A stretch of 64,000 bases of DNA from an uncultured Candidatus Rokubacteria bacterium. GTDB taxonomy: Bacteria > Methylomirabilota > Methylomirabilia > Rokubacteriales > DASRDR01. A program made the translations under genes and the position numbers. Positions 18,744 through 29,310 of this stretch are shown piece after piece. Every line of letters begins with the position of its first letter. Within the stretch, counting starts at the first letter, position 1. The notes under the pieces are model-generated. The model made no database searches. It worked only from the letters and a program-made list of their open reading frames with translations, and was not told the origin of the DNA. The DNA is taken from NCBI GenBank assembly GCA_963708025.1, contig CAVPSB010000014.1:192001-256000 (forward strand), read 5' to 3'.

Positions 18744-19655
18744 ATGCCGGAGCTACCGAATATCCTCGTCTACCTCCAGGCCCTCGAGCCTCGGATCGTC
18801 GGCCGGGTCCTCGATCGGGTGCGGCTGGCCAACCCCTTCCTGCTCCGATCGGTCGAGCCCCCGCTCGACGCGGTGACCGGACGCCCCGTGCTCGCCCTCC
18901 GCCGCGCCGGCAAGCGGATCGTCCTGGCGTTCCCCGAGGAGGTCTTCCTGCTCGTCCACCTCATGATCGCCGGGCGCCTCCACTGGAGGCCGGCTGGCAT
19001 CAAGATTCCCGGGAAGATCGGGCTCGCTGCCTTCGACTTCGCTTCAGGCACGTTGCTCTTCACCGAGGCCGGCTCGACCCGCCGGGCGTCGCTCCACCTC
19101 GTCCGGGGCGAGGCCGCGCTCCGCGAGCACGACCCGGGGGGCCTGGAGGTGCTGGAGGCCGACCTCCCCGCGTTTCGGGCCGCGCTCCTCCGGGAGAGCC
19201 ACACGCTCAAGCGCGTCCTCACCGACCCGCGACTGTTCAGCGGGATCGGCAACGCGTTCTCCGACGAGATCCTCCACCGGGCCCGCCTGTCGCCGGTGCG
19301 GCTGACCCGGCGGCTCACCGCCGGCGAGATCGAGGCGCTCCACGCCGCGACCCGGGAGACGCTCCTCGAGTGGACGGCCCGGCTCGGGCGCGAGGCCGGG
19401 GAGGGCTTTCCCGAGCACGTGACCGCGTTTCATCCGGAGATGGCGGTCCACGGCCGCTACGGGAAGCCCTGCCCGGTGTGCGGGACGCCGATCCAGCGGA
19501 TCGTCCACGCCGAGAACGAGACCAACTACTGCCCGCGCTGCCAGACGGGCGGCAAGCTCCTCGCCGACCGGGCGTTGTCACGCCTCCTCAAGCAGGACTG
19601 GCCGCGTACGCTCGAGGAGCTGGAAGAGCGCCGCGCTACCGGGAAGCGAGGATGA
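18744..19655 (+). CDS. Fpg/Nei family DNA glycosylase/AP lyase
   Basis: N-terminal [16 protein letters not shown]2TH motif, CPVCG...YCPRCQ zinc finger. Confidence 0.9.
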   Translation: MPELPNILVYLQALEPRIVGRVLDRVRLANPFLLRSVEPPLDAVTGRPVLALRRAGKRIVLAFPEEVFLLVHLMIAGRLHWRPAGIKIPGKIGLAAFDFASGTLLFTEAGSTRRASLHLVRGEAALREHDPGGLEVLEADLPAFRAALLRESHTLKRVLTDPRLFSGIGNAFSDEILHRARLSPVRLTRRLTAGEIEALHAATRETLLEWTARLGREAGEGFPEHVTAFHPEMAVHGRYGKPCPVCGTPIQRIVHAENETNYCPRCQTGGKLLADRALSRLLKQDWPRTLEELEERRATGKRG

Positions 19656-20406
19656 AGAGCCGGCGGAAGGGGAAGAGCGTGCGTCCCCCGGCGCGCCGTG
19701 GGTACGCGGCCGCCATGCGCGCGGCGTAGTCGGCGAGGAACGCCTCGCGCTCGGGCGCATCGAGGGCGTCCAGCAGCGGCTTGAGCGCGCTGCCCCGTGT
19801 CCACTCGACCACCGGACGCTCGCCCTCGAGCACATGGAGGTATTCCGTCTCCCAGATGTCGAGCCGCGCCGCGTGGGGGGCCAGCCAGTCGTAGTACGCG
19901 CTCGGGGCGGCGGTCGGCGCCCGGCGGAGAAGCGGCGCCAGCCGCTCGCGCCAGGGGCCGCCCTCGGCGGCGCGGACCATCTCGGCGTGGGACGGGGCCG
20001 CGTGGTTGCGCGGCATCTGGACCGCGAGGACCCCGCCGGGCGCGAGCCCCGCGAGCAGGCGGGGGAAGAGCCGCGCGTGGTCGTCGAGCCAGTGGAGCGC
20101 CGCGTTGGAGAAGATCAGGTCGGCCGGGCGGGGAGGCGTCCAGGTCTGCAGGTCCGCCTCGATCCACCGGACGCCGGGCGCTGCCCCGGCCGCCGCCTCC
20201 AGCATGGCGGCGGAGGCATCGACACCCGTCACCGCGGCGCCGGGCCAGCGCTGGCCGAGGAGGCGGGTGACGTTCCCCGCCCCGCACCCCAGATCGTAGA
20301 CGGTGGCCGGCGCCGCGAGCGGCACGCGGACCAGGAGGTCGAGCGCCGGCTGGAGCCGCGGCCCGGCGAACTCGAGGTACTTCGCCGGATCCCACTCGGC
20401 CCTCAC
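19636..20406 (-). CDS. tam: Trans-aconitate 2-methyltransferase
   Basis: [40 protein letters not shown]. Confidence 0.88.
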   Translation of the reverse strand: MRAEWDPAKYLEFAGPRLQPALDLLVRVPLAAPATVYDLGCGAGNVTRLLGQRWPGAAVTGVDASAAMLEAAAGAAPGVRWIEADLQTWTPPRPADLIFSNAALHWLDDHARLFPRLLAGLAPGGVLAVQMPRNHAAPSHAEMVRAAEGGPWRERLAPLLRRAPTAAPSAYYDWLAPHAARLDIWETEYLHVLEGERPVVEWTRGSALKPLLDALDAPEREAFLADYAARMAAAYPRRAGGRTLFPFRRLFILASR

Positions 20407-20789
20407 TCGGTCCACTCGCCGCGCTCCACCAGGACGGCCTTGAACGTTTCCAGGGCGTCCACCACGACGGGCATCCCGCCATAGGTCACCATCTGGAAGA
20501 TCACCTCCGCCACTTCCTGACGGGTGGCCCCGACGTTGAGCGCGGCGTGGAGGTGGGCACGCAGCTCCGGCCGCCGGTTGAGCACGGTGAGGGCGGCGAC
20601 GGCGCAGAGCTCCCGGTCGCGCTGCGGGATCACCTCGCGGCTGTAGAGTGTGCCCGTGAAGAACATCGACAGCTCCCGGGCCAGGTCCTTGTCGAATCGC
20701 TTCCACAGCTCGAACCCGGTGCCGCCCCGGAGCGTGTGGAAGAGGCGGGCGGCCGTTCGCCGGGTGGTCTCTCGGAGCTCGTCGCTCAT
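20403..20789 (-). CDS. Carboxymuconolactone decarboxylase family protein
   Basis: RDRELCAVAAL, HLHAALNVGAT, YGGMP. Confidence 0.88.
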   Translation of the reverse strand: MSDELRETTRRTAARLFHTLRGGTGFELWKRFDKDLARELSMFFTGTLYSREVIPQRDRELCAVAALTVLNRRPELRAHLHAALNVGATRQEVAEVIFQMVTYGGMPVVVDALETFKAVLVERGEWTE

Positions 20790-22033
20790 CGTTTCCTCGC
20801 GGTGCCCGCGGCGGGACAGACCACCGGCGCCAGGTGGCCCACCTGGGCCTCGGCGGCTACCCGGTTCCCGCGCACAGTCCAGTGCAAGTCTCGCACCTTG
20901 TAGAGCGGCTCGGGCGATTCCTGGCTGGCCCGGATGAATGTCGCCGTCAGATCGAAGCAGGACACGTCCCGCGCTCGGCAGTACTGGGCCAGCACCCGGT
21001 TCGGGAGCGTGGCGTCGATGTCGGCGCCGGTCAGCTCGGCATAGCGCCGCCGGGTCCGCAGGCGATCGATCAGCTCGGCGCGAAGCCGCGCGTCGACCTG
21101 GAGGATCGAGGGATAGAGCGCGACGACGAGCCGACCACCGTGTTCGGTGACGTGGGCCCGCGTGGCCTCCAGCGCCTCCAGCCGCAATCGCCAGGCGCGC
21201 TCCACCTCGTGCGGATCGGCCGGTACGTACAGCCGCCCCAGCTCGCGCCCGAGCATGCCGGTGAACGCACTCTCCTCGAACAGCGGTCCGACCAGCGAGG
21301 GGTCGTCGTCGGGCAGCCGGTAGTGCGGGTCGACTACGTGCCCGCCGCGAGGCTTGGCGTTGGCCGGCGCCCAAGCCGCCGCCGGACTCTGGGTGCGGCC
21401 GGCGAGGGCGTTGGAGACCAGGCTCCACCGCAGCCGGAGCGCGTTGCGGGCGTACGTCCAGAGGTAGGAATGGGGGAGCAACGAGCGCGACATCCCGCCC
21501 TCCCGCTCGCCGAAGTAGAGATTGGGGCCGTCGTTGCCGACGTAGAAGTTGAGCAAGACGAGATCCGGTTCGTAGGTCGTGGCGCCCAGCTCGACGATCG
21601 TCCGATAGTCCGGGACGCCCGCCCCCACGATCCCGAAGTTGAGGAGGTCGAGGTCGCGCTCCGGACAGGCCACGCGCAGCCCTCCCTCCAGCAGGGTCAT
21701 GGCGGTCCGGGGATACGGGACCAGCCCGTACGTGAACGAATCGCCCACCGCCATGATCCGGAATCGCCCCGGCGGCTTCGGCACGACGAACTCCTCGTCG
21801 TGGAAGCCCAGGCCGTTGGTCCAGTGGTTGAACGACGTGCGATGGGGCACGACGCTGTCCGACTTGGAGGCGAGGTACTGCGTGAGGCTCGTGAACCGCG
21901 GAGTGGCCTGGCTGCCCCGGGCCCTCGCCAGGTAGCGCACGTCGGGGCTGAAGAGGGCCAGGACCCGAAGCGCCAGCTCCCCGATCGGGAGCGCCAGCAG
22001 GACCCCGAGTCCCACCGCGGCGACCCGGAGCAT
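20786..22033 (-). CDS. SGNH/GDSL hydrolase family protein
   Basis: N-terminal TM, VGDSFTYG, YVGND, DLHWTVRGN. Confidence 0.8.
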   Translation of the reverse strand: MLRVAAVGLGVLLALPIGELALRVLALFSPDVRYLARARGSQATPRFTSLTQYLASKSDSVVPHRTSFNHWTNGLGFHDEEFVVPKPPGRFRIMAVGDSFTYGLVPYPRTAMTLLEGGLRVACPERDLDLLNFGIVGAGVPDYRTIVELGATTYEPDLVLLNFYVGNDGPNLYFGEREGGMSRSLLPHSYLWTYARNALRLRWSLVSNALAGRTQSPAAAWAPANAKPRGGHVVDPHYRLPDDDPSLVGPLFEESAFTGMLGRELGRLYVPADPHEVERAWRLRLEALEATRAHVTEHGGRLVVALYPSILQVDARLRAELIDRLRTRRRYAELTGADIDATLPNRVLAQYCRARDVSCFDLTATFIRASQESPEPLYKVRDLHWTVRGNRVAAEAQVGHLAPVVCPAAGTARKR

Positions 22034-22053
22034 CACGCGCCGGCCGAGTCTTC

Positions 22054-22578
22054 TCACGCCGTGCCGCACCGCGGCCCGTAGTTGTCCCGCCAGAGGGCGA
22101 GGTACTCGCGGGCGTTCTCCCGGATCTCCTCCGCCTCCTCCGGGCTCATCTGACGGACCGGCTTGGCCGGGACGCCCATGACCAGCCACCCCGCCCGCAC
22201 GACCTTGCCCGGCGGCACCAGCGCGCCGGCCCCGACCTGCGCGCCCTCCTCGACGACCGATCCGTTGAGGACGACGGCGCCGATGCCGATGCGGGCGTGG
22301 TCGTGGATCGTGCACGCGTGGACGACGGCCCGGTGGCCGATCGTCACGCCGGCTCCCACGACGCACGGGTACCGCGGCGTGACGTGAAGGATCGAGCCGT
22401 CCTGGACGTTCGAGTCGCGACCGAGCCGCACGTAGTTGTCCTGGTCGCCCCGCAACACCGCCGTCGGCCAGACGCTGGCCCCGGCCTCGATCGTGACGTC
22501 GCCGATCACCTCGGCCGCCGGGTGGACCCAGGCCTCGGGATCGACGCGCGGCGTGCGGCCGGGCAGGGGCCGGATCAT
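22054..22578 (-). CDS. Gamma-carbonic anhydrase family protein
   Basis: IGDVTI, VLRGD, SNVQDGSILH, TIGHRAVVHAC. Confidence 0.92.
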   Translation of the reverse strand: MIRPLPGRTPRVDPEAWVHPAAEVIGDVTIEAGASVWPTAVLRGDQDNYVRLGRDSNVQDGSILHVTPRYPCVVGAGVTIGHRAVVHACTIHDHARIGIGAVVLNGSVVEEGAQVGAGALVPPGKVVRAGWLVMGVPAKPVRQMSPEEAEEIRENAREYLALWRDNYGPRCGTA

Positions 22579-22585
22579 GGCCGGA

Positions 22586-23456
22586 TCACGCGGCGAGCCC
22601 CATCTGGCGCTGGATGGCGCGGCTCAGCTCGCTCTTCGGGTCCTCGAGCTGGGTGATGATCGAGAAGTGGTTGATGCCCGCCATGTCCAGCACCTCGCAC
22701 GGCACGCCCTGCTTCCGCCACACCGCGGCCAGCGTCTCGGTCTGGCGGTGGTACTCGGGGCCCTCGTCCCCGCCGACCGGGATCAGCAGCGGGGAGCGGG
22801 TTCGCGGCGCCAGGTAAATCGGGCTGTTGCGGCGCGCCTCCTCAGGCGTCAGCTTCAAGGTGTCGTTGAGGTAGCAGAGGCGGATCGGGTCGAGGTCGTG
22901 GAGCCCGCTGATCGCGCAGCCGCCCTTGATCGGATCGGGCGGGAGCCCGAAGGCCGGCCAGTCGGCGGCCAGCAGCATCGCCACCAGGTGGCCGCCGGCC
23001 GAGTGCCCGGAGACGAAGATGCGCTCCCGGTCGCCTCCGAACGAGGCGGCGTTCGCGTGGACCCAGGCGATCGACGCCCGGCACTGCCGGACCAGCTCGT
23101 CCATGTCGACCGTCGGGATCAGGGCGTAGTTGATCACGACGACCGCGGCCCCGGCCGGCTGGAGCCCCCGGGCCACGAAGCTGAAGTCCGCGCTTGTCGA
23201 GGGCCATCCAGTAGCCGCCGTGGACGAAGACGTGGACCGGCGCCGGGCCGCGGCCGGGGGCGGGGAACACGTCGAGCGTCTCGCTCGGCTTCGGGCCGTA
23301 CGCCACGTCGAGCCGGCCGGGGAGGGCCTGTCGCGTCGCCTCGCTCTCCCGGGTGTAGCGGGCGAGGTAGTCGGCGAAGTCGGCGACCTTGGCGCGGTTG
23401 TTGTACTCGCGGTCGAGCGCCGCGCGGTCGTAGCCGAGGAAGATCGGAGCGGGCAT
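22586..23456 (-). CDS. Alpha/beta hydrolase (arylformamidase-like), indel near 23190
   Basis: LDREYN, FVHGGYW, SGHSAGGHL, ISGLHDL, NHFSI. Confidence 0.85.
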
Positions 23457-23481
23457 TTGAAACCTCCCTCCTACCGTTGGA

Positions 23482-24208
23482 TCAGATTTGCTTCCAGAGG
23501 AACTCGGCCTTGGCCATGCGCCGCTGGATCCGCTCGACGTGGCGCCGATAGGCGCGACTGCGCGGAGCCGGGGTGCCAGGCCGTGGGATTCGGCAGGCTG
23601 GCGGCGAGCTGGGCCGCCTCGTCCGGTGTCAGCTCGGCCGCCGCCTTGCCGAAGTAGTGCCGGCTGGCCGCCTCCGCCCCGTAGATGCCGCGCCCGAACT
23701 CCACCACGTTCAGGTACAGCTCGAGGATGCGTCGCTTGTCGAGCCTCCGCTCGATCTGCCAGGTCAGGATGGCCTCCTTCACCTTGCGGAGCGGGTTCCG
23801 CGAGGGCGAGAGCCAGAGGTTCTTGACGAGCTGCTGGGTGATGGTCGAGGCGCCGCGGCGCAGCTCGCCCTCCTCGAGGGCCTGCTCCAGGACGTTCCGG
23901 ATCTCCGTCAGCTCGAAGCCGCGGTGCGAGAAGAAGTTGATGTCCTCGGCGACCAGCACCGCGCGCTTGAGATGCGGCGAGATGGCGCCGTATGGCACCC
24001 AGATGCGCCGCACCCGGGGGTCCCGTCCCGCCGCGCGCTCCTGGCGCTTGTACACTTCGATGAACGCGGTCGTGGTCGGGTTCCGGCGGGCGAGCGCCCC
24101 GACATCGGGCCACGTCCACGCCTCGTACGCGAGCCACAGGCCGAGGGCGGCGAGCCCGAGCCAGAGGATCCTGACCCACCACTGGCGTTTCGCTCGGCGG
24201 GCCGTCAC
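23482..24208 (-). CDS. mtgA: Monofunctional biosynthetic peptidoglycan transglycosylase, indel near 23555
   Basis: AVLVAEDINFFSHRGF, RGASTITQQLVKNL, RILELYLNVVEFGRGIYGAEAA. Confidence 0.92.
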
Positions 24209-24221
24209 GCCGATGTTCGGG

Positions 24222-24358
24222 ACCTCCCGCCCAGATCCTTTGACGGCCTTCGGCCTTTGGCCCCCCTCGGTTGACCGGATCGCCGGGACGGCTCGGGCCT
24301 GCGGCCCTCGCGGCGTCCCGCCCCTCCGGTGGCCACCCGGGGAGGGGGGTGTCGGAGG
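24222..24358 (-). repeat. Family-1 repeat, long composite variant
   Basis: CCTCCGACACCCCCCTCCCC...GGCCAAAGGCCGAAGGCCGTC...TGGGCGGGAGGT; internal module shared with the 30498 copy. Confidence 0.75.
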
Positions 24359-24380
24359 CCCTCGACTGCTCCACTTGCCG

Positions 24381-24986
24381 TCAGGCCGGGGCACGGTCGC
24401 GACCGTAGAGCCAGGCGGTGACGGCCAGCCGGGTCGCGAAGGTCGGCCGCACCTCGTGCTCCAGCCGCTCGCTCAGGAAGACCACGAGGCGGTCGAGGAT
24501 CGGCGCGACGTCCACCGGCCCGTCCGGGAGGTGAAAGCGAAGCGCCCCCCCGTGGTCCTCGCGCCACGCCGGGTTGGCGTAGTAGATGGCGGTGACCCGG
24601 CGGCTCCCGCGGCCCGCGACGGCGTCGCGATGACGGCGGTAGCGCGCGCCGCCTCCGGCGTACCGGGCGAGCTGCAGCTCCAGGTGATCGAGACCCAGGT
24701 AGGCCTCGCGGTTGAGCGCGTCGCGGAGGGCCACCAGCTCCGCGACCAGCGCCGTCACCGCGGGCGGGCTGTCCTCGGGCGTGAGCCAGAGGATCGCGTC
24801 GCCCCGCGTGGCGGCGTCCACGCGATAGCCGGCGCCGCGACTCACCCCGGCCGGTCGCAGTCGCCCGTCCACCGCCAGGGTCTCCAGCTCGCGATGGACG
24901 GCCAGGGCCGGCTCCCGGCCGAGCCAGTCGTCGTGGACGAAGAAGCCGCGCTCGCCGAGCGCGACGACGTCGGGGCTGGCCAGCAC
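24381..24986 (-). CDS. 2OG-Fe(II) oxygenase, prolyl-4-hydroxylase (EGLN/SM-20)-like
   Basis: RGDAILW, YRRHRD, TAIYYAN, GGALR, HEV, RLAVTAW. Confidence 0.85.
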   Translation of the reverse strand: MLASPDVVALGERGFFVHDDWLGREPALAVHRELETLAVDGRLRPAGVSRGAGYRVDAATRGDAILWLTPEDSPPAVTALVAELVALRDALNREAYLGLDHLELQLARYAGGGARYRRHRDAVAGRGSRRVTAIYYANPAWREDHGGALRFHLPDGPVDVAPILDRLVVFLSERLEHEVRPTFATRLAVTAWLYGRDRAPA

Positions 24987-25062
24987 GCCCCTCAAGATAG
25001 ACCCCCGGGTCCTCCGAGACAAGGCGCTCCGGCTCCGCCCGGCTTCCAGCGCCGCCCGCGGA

Positions 25063-25818
25063 TCAGAAGAGGGAGACGGTCGTCCCGTCGTCCAGCCGGC
25101 CGCTTGGCTGGGGGCGGCGGCGCGACACGCCGAAGAGGGTCTGCCATTCGGGCGCCAGGCCCCGGCTCGAGACGCGGCCGATCGGTCCGCGGGCGCGCGG
25201 GGCGCTCCACTGGGACAAGATGTCCGCCCAGGCGGTTGGCCGCTGGCTCTTCCGGACATGGATGGTGTCGCGGCCGTACCAGTGGGGCTGGGGCGCGACG
25301 AGGGTGAGGCCGCGCTCGCCGGCCAGCGCCGCCAGGCGCGCGTTCACCTCGGCGACGTGGGCGTGGAGCGTCCTGAACGGCAGCCGCCGCCCCGGGAACA
25401 GGAGGCTCTTCACCAGGTGGTACTGCCAGCGGCTGAGACGGGCGAGGCTCTGCGCCGGCAGGAGCGTGACGACGATCTCGGCGCCCAGCTCCCCCAGATG
25501 GTCGAGGCAGGCGGTGACCCAGCCACTCAGCTCCGCCGGCGAGGCGCCGTAGGCGAGGTCGTTGCCGATGTCGGTGACCAGCGCGTAGGTCCGACCGCTG
25601 GCCGGTCGCCGCGCGGCGGGCCAGAGGCCACAGCCGAGGATCGCCGGGAGCCCCCGGAAGAAGACGCGGCTCCACCGGCCATAGGACCGCCCGTGGCCGG
25701 CGGCGACGAGGACCTCCAGGGGGCCGGGCCCGAGCCGCGCGCGCGCCGTGGCCAGCACGGTCGGGAGGCCCAGGGTGAGGTTGCTGGCACCGAGCAGGAC
25801 GACGCGCGTCTGGCTCAC
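25063..25818 (-). CDS. SGNH-like hypothetical protein
   Basis: VLLGASN, DIGNDLAYG, DTIH. Confidence 0.6.
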   Translation of the reverse strand: MSQTRVVLLGASNLTLGLPTVLATARARLGPGPLEVLVAAGHGRSYGRWSRVFFRGLPAILGCGLWPAARRPASGRTYALVTDIGNDLAYGASPAELSGWVTACLDHLGELGAEIVVTLLPAQSLARLSRWQYHLVKSLLFPGRRLPFRTLHAHVAEVNARLAALAGERGLTLVAPQPHWYGRDTIHVRKSQRPTAWADILSQWSAPRARGPIGRVSSRGLAPEWQTLFGVSRRRPQPSGRLDDGTTVSLF

Positions 25819-25829
25819 GGGCTCCCAGG

Positions 25830-26747
25830 TTACCAGCCGCCGGCCACTTCGCCAGGCTTCCAGAGCCAGGCGGCGCCGCGAGCGCCGCTGGCGTCGCCGT
25901 GGCCCGGCGGCACCAGGCGGGTGTCGACGCGGTCCGAGAAGACGTGGCGGCCCCACAGGCGCGGCACCGCGTCGTAGAGGCGAGCGAGGTTCGACATCCC
26001 GCCGCCCAGCACGATCACGTCCGGATCGACGACGTTGATGACGCTCGCCAGCGCGCGCGCCATCCGCTCCTCGTAGCGGACCAGGCTCGCCTCGGCAGCC
26101 GGGTCGCCGCGCGCCGCCCGGGCCGCGATCTCGAGGGCGTCCAGTCGCGCCTCCGTGGTCTCTTGGTGATCGCGGACCAGGCCCGGCCCCGACAGGAAGG
26201 TCTCGATGCAGGCCGTCTTCCCGCAGTAGCAGGCAGGGCCGGGCCACTCCCCCTCGCGCGGCCAGGGCAGGGGGTTGTGGCCCCACTCCCCGGCGATGGC
26301 GTTGGGCCCCGTCCAGACGCGGCCGTCCACCACGAGGCCGCCCCCGGTCCCGGTGCCGACGATCACGCCGAAGACGACCCGGGCGCCGGCGGCGGCGCCG
26401 TCGCGTGCCTCCGAGAGGGCGAAGCAGTTGGCGTCGTTCGCGAGGCGAAGGCGGCGGCCCAGCCGCCGCTCGAGATCGGCGGTCAGCGGCCGCCCGTTGA
26501 GCCAGACGCTGTTGGCGTTCTTGACGAGTCCGGTCGCCGGCGAGACGGCCCCCGGCGTCCCGATCCCCACGGCCGCCCGGACGCCCAGCTCGCGCTCGAA
26601 GGCCTCGACGAGGCCGGCGACCGTCTCGAGCGTCGCGGCGTAGTCGTCGCGCGGCGTCGGCACCCGGCGGCGGAGCGCCACCTTCCCGTCGTCGCCGAGG
26701 GCGATCGCCTCGATCTTGGTCCCGCCCAGGTCCACCCCGATGCGCAT
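25830..26747 (-). CDS. ROK-family sugar kinase (fructokinase Mak-like)
   Basis: IGVDLGGTKIE, ANDANCFALSE, GEWGHNPLP, CYCGKTACIE. Confidence 0.92.
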   Translation of the reverse strand: MRIGVDLGGTKIEAIALGDDGKVALRRRVPTPRDDYAATLETVAGLVEAFERELGVRAAVGIGTPGAVSPATGLVKNANSVWLNGRPLTADLERRLGRRLRLANDANCFALSEARDGAAAGARVVFGVIVGTGTGGGLVVDGRVWTGPNAIAGEWGHNPLPWPREGEWPGPACYCGKTACIETFLSGPGLVRDHQETTEARLDALEIAARAARGDPAAEASLVRYEERMARALASVINVVDPDVIVLGGGMSNLARLYDAVPRLWGRHVFSDRVDTRLVPPGHGDASGARGAAWLWKPGEVAGGW

Positions 26748-26881
26748 CGCGCCTCATGATAGCCCCGGCCGTCCGTCGCGACGGGGTGTCGGCGCCGGCC
26801 GGCGCCGACAGGCCGCGCCGGAGGATTCGCGTTGGGTCCGGCCCCGGGCTCACGCTACCCTGGGCCGGCCGGGCCACCCCC

Positions 26882-27127
26882 ATGATATTCCTGACCTACC
26901 GGTTCGTGATCTTCGGCGGCACGGCGCTTCCGCTTTTCTGGCTCGCGACGCGGCCTCGGCTCCGTCTCCTCCTGCTGGTGGTGAGCTGCGCGGTGTTCCA
27001 CACCCACTTCGCGGGACCGGCCGGTGTGCTGCCGATCCTGGTCCTGGGCGCGGTCACCTACCTGATCGGCCTGACGCAGGATCGCCGCCTGTGTCGGCTG
27101 GGCATCGTTCTGACCGTGGCGTTCTGA
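26882..27127 (+). pseudogene. Small hydrophobic ORF, possibly the N-terminal fragment of an MBOAT O-acyltransferase
   Basis: 81-aa MIFLTYRFVIF...LFWL with 3 TM segments resembling AlgI/DltB N-termini, then a stop. Confidence 0.45.
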
Positions 27128-27228
27128 ACACGGTGCTCCCGATGGCGTGGCGGACGCGGTGGAGGTCGGGCGGCGGTGGTCTCGGCTCGTGGCCCGGTCG
27201 GACTGGACACCGCGGTATACTCTCGAGC

Positions 27229-27960
27229 ATGCGCCTGACGGCTCGGATCGCGCTCGGATCGCTCCTGTTGCCCATCATCGCGAGCTGCTCGGCGCTCCAG
27301 CGCGACCCGAACTGGTGGGCGGCCCGCCGCGATTCGTCCGAGCAGGCGCCGGATCCCGTGACGACGCCCGAGGCCGTCATCCAGGTCTACGCGGCCCGCG
27401 CCGTCGGCTGGAAGGGTGTTCTTGGCGTCCATACCTGGGTCGCGATGAAGCCGACCGGGGCGGCCGACTACACCCGCTACGAGGTCATGGGCTGGGGCGT
27501 GAATCGCGGCGCCCCCGCGATCCGGAAGAACCGGACGATCGCCGACGGCTACTGGTTCGGCGTGAAGCCCGATCTTCTGGTCGATCGGCGCGGCGCCGGC
27601 GTGGACGAGCTGATCGCCAGGGTCGAGGCTGCCGTCGCCGCCTACCCGTACCCGGACAGCTACCGGACGTGGCCTGGCCCCAACAGCAACACGTTCACCG
27701 CCTACATCGGCCGCGCCGTCCCGGAGCTACGGCTGCGGATGCCGCCGACCGCGATCGGGAAGGACTACCTCCCGGGCGGCGCTCCGGCCGGTCTCGCCCC
27801 GAGCGGCACCGGCGTCCAGGTTTCGCTGCTCGGGCTGGCAGGGGTCCTCGTCGGGTGGGACGACGGGATCGAGGTCAACTTGCTCGGCCTGACGTTCGGC
27901 GTGGACGTCCGCCGGCCGGCGCTGAAGCTCCCCGGGGTCGGGCGGCTCGGCGTCCCGTGA
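27229..27960 (+). CDS. DUF3750-like exported/lipoprotein
   Basis: Signal peptide with Cys, VYAARAVGWKG, HTWVA, YTRYEVMGW, WPGPNSNTF. Confidence 0.75.
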   Translation: MRLTARIALGSLLLPIIASCSALQRDPNWWAARRDSSEQAPDPVTTPEAVIQVYAARAVGWKGVLGVHTWVAMKPTGAADYTRYEVMGWGVNRGAPAIRKNRTIADGYWFGVKPDLLVDRRGAGVDELIARVEAAVAAYPYPDSYRTWPGPNSNTFTAYIGRAVPELRLRMPPTAIGKDYLPGGAPAGLAPSGTGVQVSLLGLAGVLVGWDDGIEVNLLGLTFGVDVRRPALKLPGVGRLGVP

Positions 27961-28070
27961 TCCCGCGCCGATAGACCGGGCATGGACCGGGCGGGACGGA
28001 GCGGACCGCGCCGGCGACCGGCTCGGAACAATTCCGCTCGTGTTCACGGCCCCGCGGCGTAGGAGCCTCC

Positions 28071-28421
28071 ATGCGCATCCACAACCTGTACACCGACGCG
28101 AGCGGCGAGTCGCACTTCCGGGACATCGAGGTCGAGTGGGTCGAGGAGACCCGCTCCGGCAAGCTGTCCCGTCGCCTTCCGGCCACCGGGATCATCTTCC
28201 GCCAGGTGCCGCCGACCTATGACCTCGACTGGCACCCGGCACCTCGGCGCCAGTACATCATCAACCTCGACGCCGGGGTGCGGATCACGGCCAGCGACGG
28301 GGAGAGCCGGGTCATCGGTGCCGGCGAGGTGATCCTGGTCGAGGACACGACCGGCCGCGGGCACCTCTCGAAGGCCGTGGACGGCACGCTCCGCCACTGC
28401 ATCTTCGTCCCGATCGACTAG
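28071..28421 (+). CDS. Cupin-like conserved hypothetical protein
   Basis: GESHF, WHPAPRRQ, EDTTGRGH; SD AGGAG. Confidence 0.8.
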   Translation: MRIHNLYTDASGESHFRDIEVEWVEETRSGKLSRRLPATGIIFRQVPPTYDLDWHPAPRRQYIINLDAGVRITASDGESRVIGAGEVILVEDTTGRGHLSKAVDGTLRHCIFVPID

Positions 28422-28466
28422 CTCGCGAAGCTCCGCAGGTGATCCGACGGCATCAGGGCCTGCATC

Positions 28467-29297
28467 GTGAACGATCTCTGTCTGTCGCTCGGTTGGCTCA
28501 CCGTCTCCGGCGCCCATCCGCTGGAGCACATCGACGCTGCGGTGGCAGGCCGGTTCAACGCGGTGGGGCTGCGTCTCGTGCCTCCGACTCCCGGGGACCC
28601 CCTGGTTCCGGTCGTGGGCAACGAGCCGCTGATCCGCGCCATCCGGGCCCGGCTCGCCGACGCCGGCGTCACGGTGCTGGACGTCGAAACGGTATGGATC
28701 GGGCCGGACATCGACATCGCGGCTCTTCGCCCCGCGCTCGAGGCGGCGCAACGACTTGGGACGCGCAACCTGCTGACGATGGGCCACGACCCCGACGAGG
28801 CGCGCCTCACCGACAGCTTCGCCCGGCTGTGCGAGGAAGCCGCGAAGTTCGGCCTGCGAGTAGGGATGGAGTTCGCGGCGTACACGAAGGTGCCGACGAT
28901 CCGGGCCGCTCACCGATTGGTCAAGGCGGCGGGCCGGTCGAACGGCCGGGTGCTGATCGACGCGTTGCACTTCGCGCGCTCCGGCGGCACGCCATCGCAC
29001 ATCGCCGAGCTCGATCAGAGCTGGTTGGCCTATTGCCAGCTCGCCGATGCCCGCGGCCCGCGGCCGGAGAGCAACGATGCTCTGAAAGCCGAAGCCCGTG
29101 GCGGCCGCTACCTGCCAGGCGAGGGCGAGTTGCCTCTGGTCGAGCTTCTGGATGCCCTGCCTGCCGGTCTACCGGTCGGCGTCGAAGCGCCGTGCCGCGA
29201 GCATGCGGCGAAGTCCGTTATCGAGCGGGGACGCTTGGCAGGTATCGCCGCGCATCGATTGCTCGACAACTACACGCGGCATGCAGCGCGGCGTTAG
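28467..29297 (+). CDS. Sugar phosphate isomerase/epimerase (xylose isomerase-like TIM barrel)
   Basis: GMEF, LIDALHFARSGG, QLADA, YLPGEGELPL, VEAP. Confidence 0.85.
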   Translation: MNDLCLSLGWLTVSGAHPLEHIDAAVAGRFNAVGLRLVPPTPGDPLVPVVGNEPLIRAIRARLADAGVTVLDVETVWIGPDIDIAALRPALEAAQRLGTRNLLTMGHDPDEARLTDSFARLCEEAAKFGLRVGMEFAAYTKVPTIRAAHRLVKAAGRSNGRVLIDALHFARSGGTPSHIAELDQSWLAYCQLADARGPRPESNDALKAEARGGRYLPGEGELPLVELLDALPAGLPVGVEAPCREHAAKSVIERGRLAGIAAHRLLDNYTRHAARR

Positions 29298-29310
29298 GGT
29301 TGTCCACACG

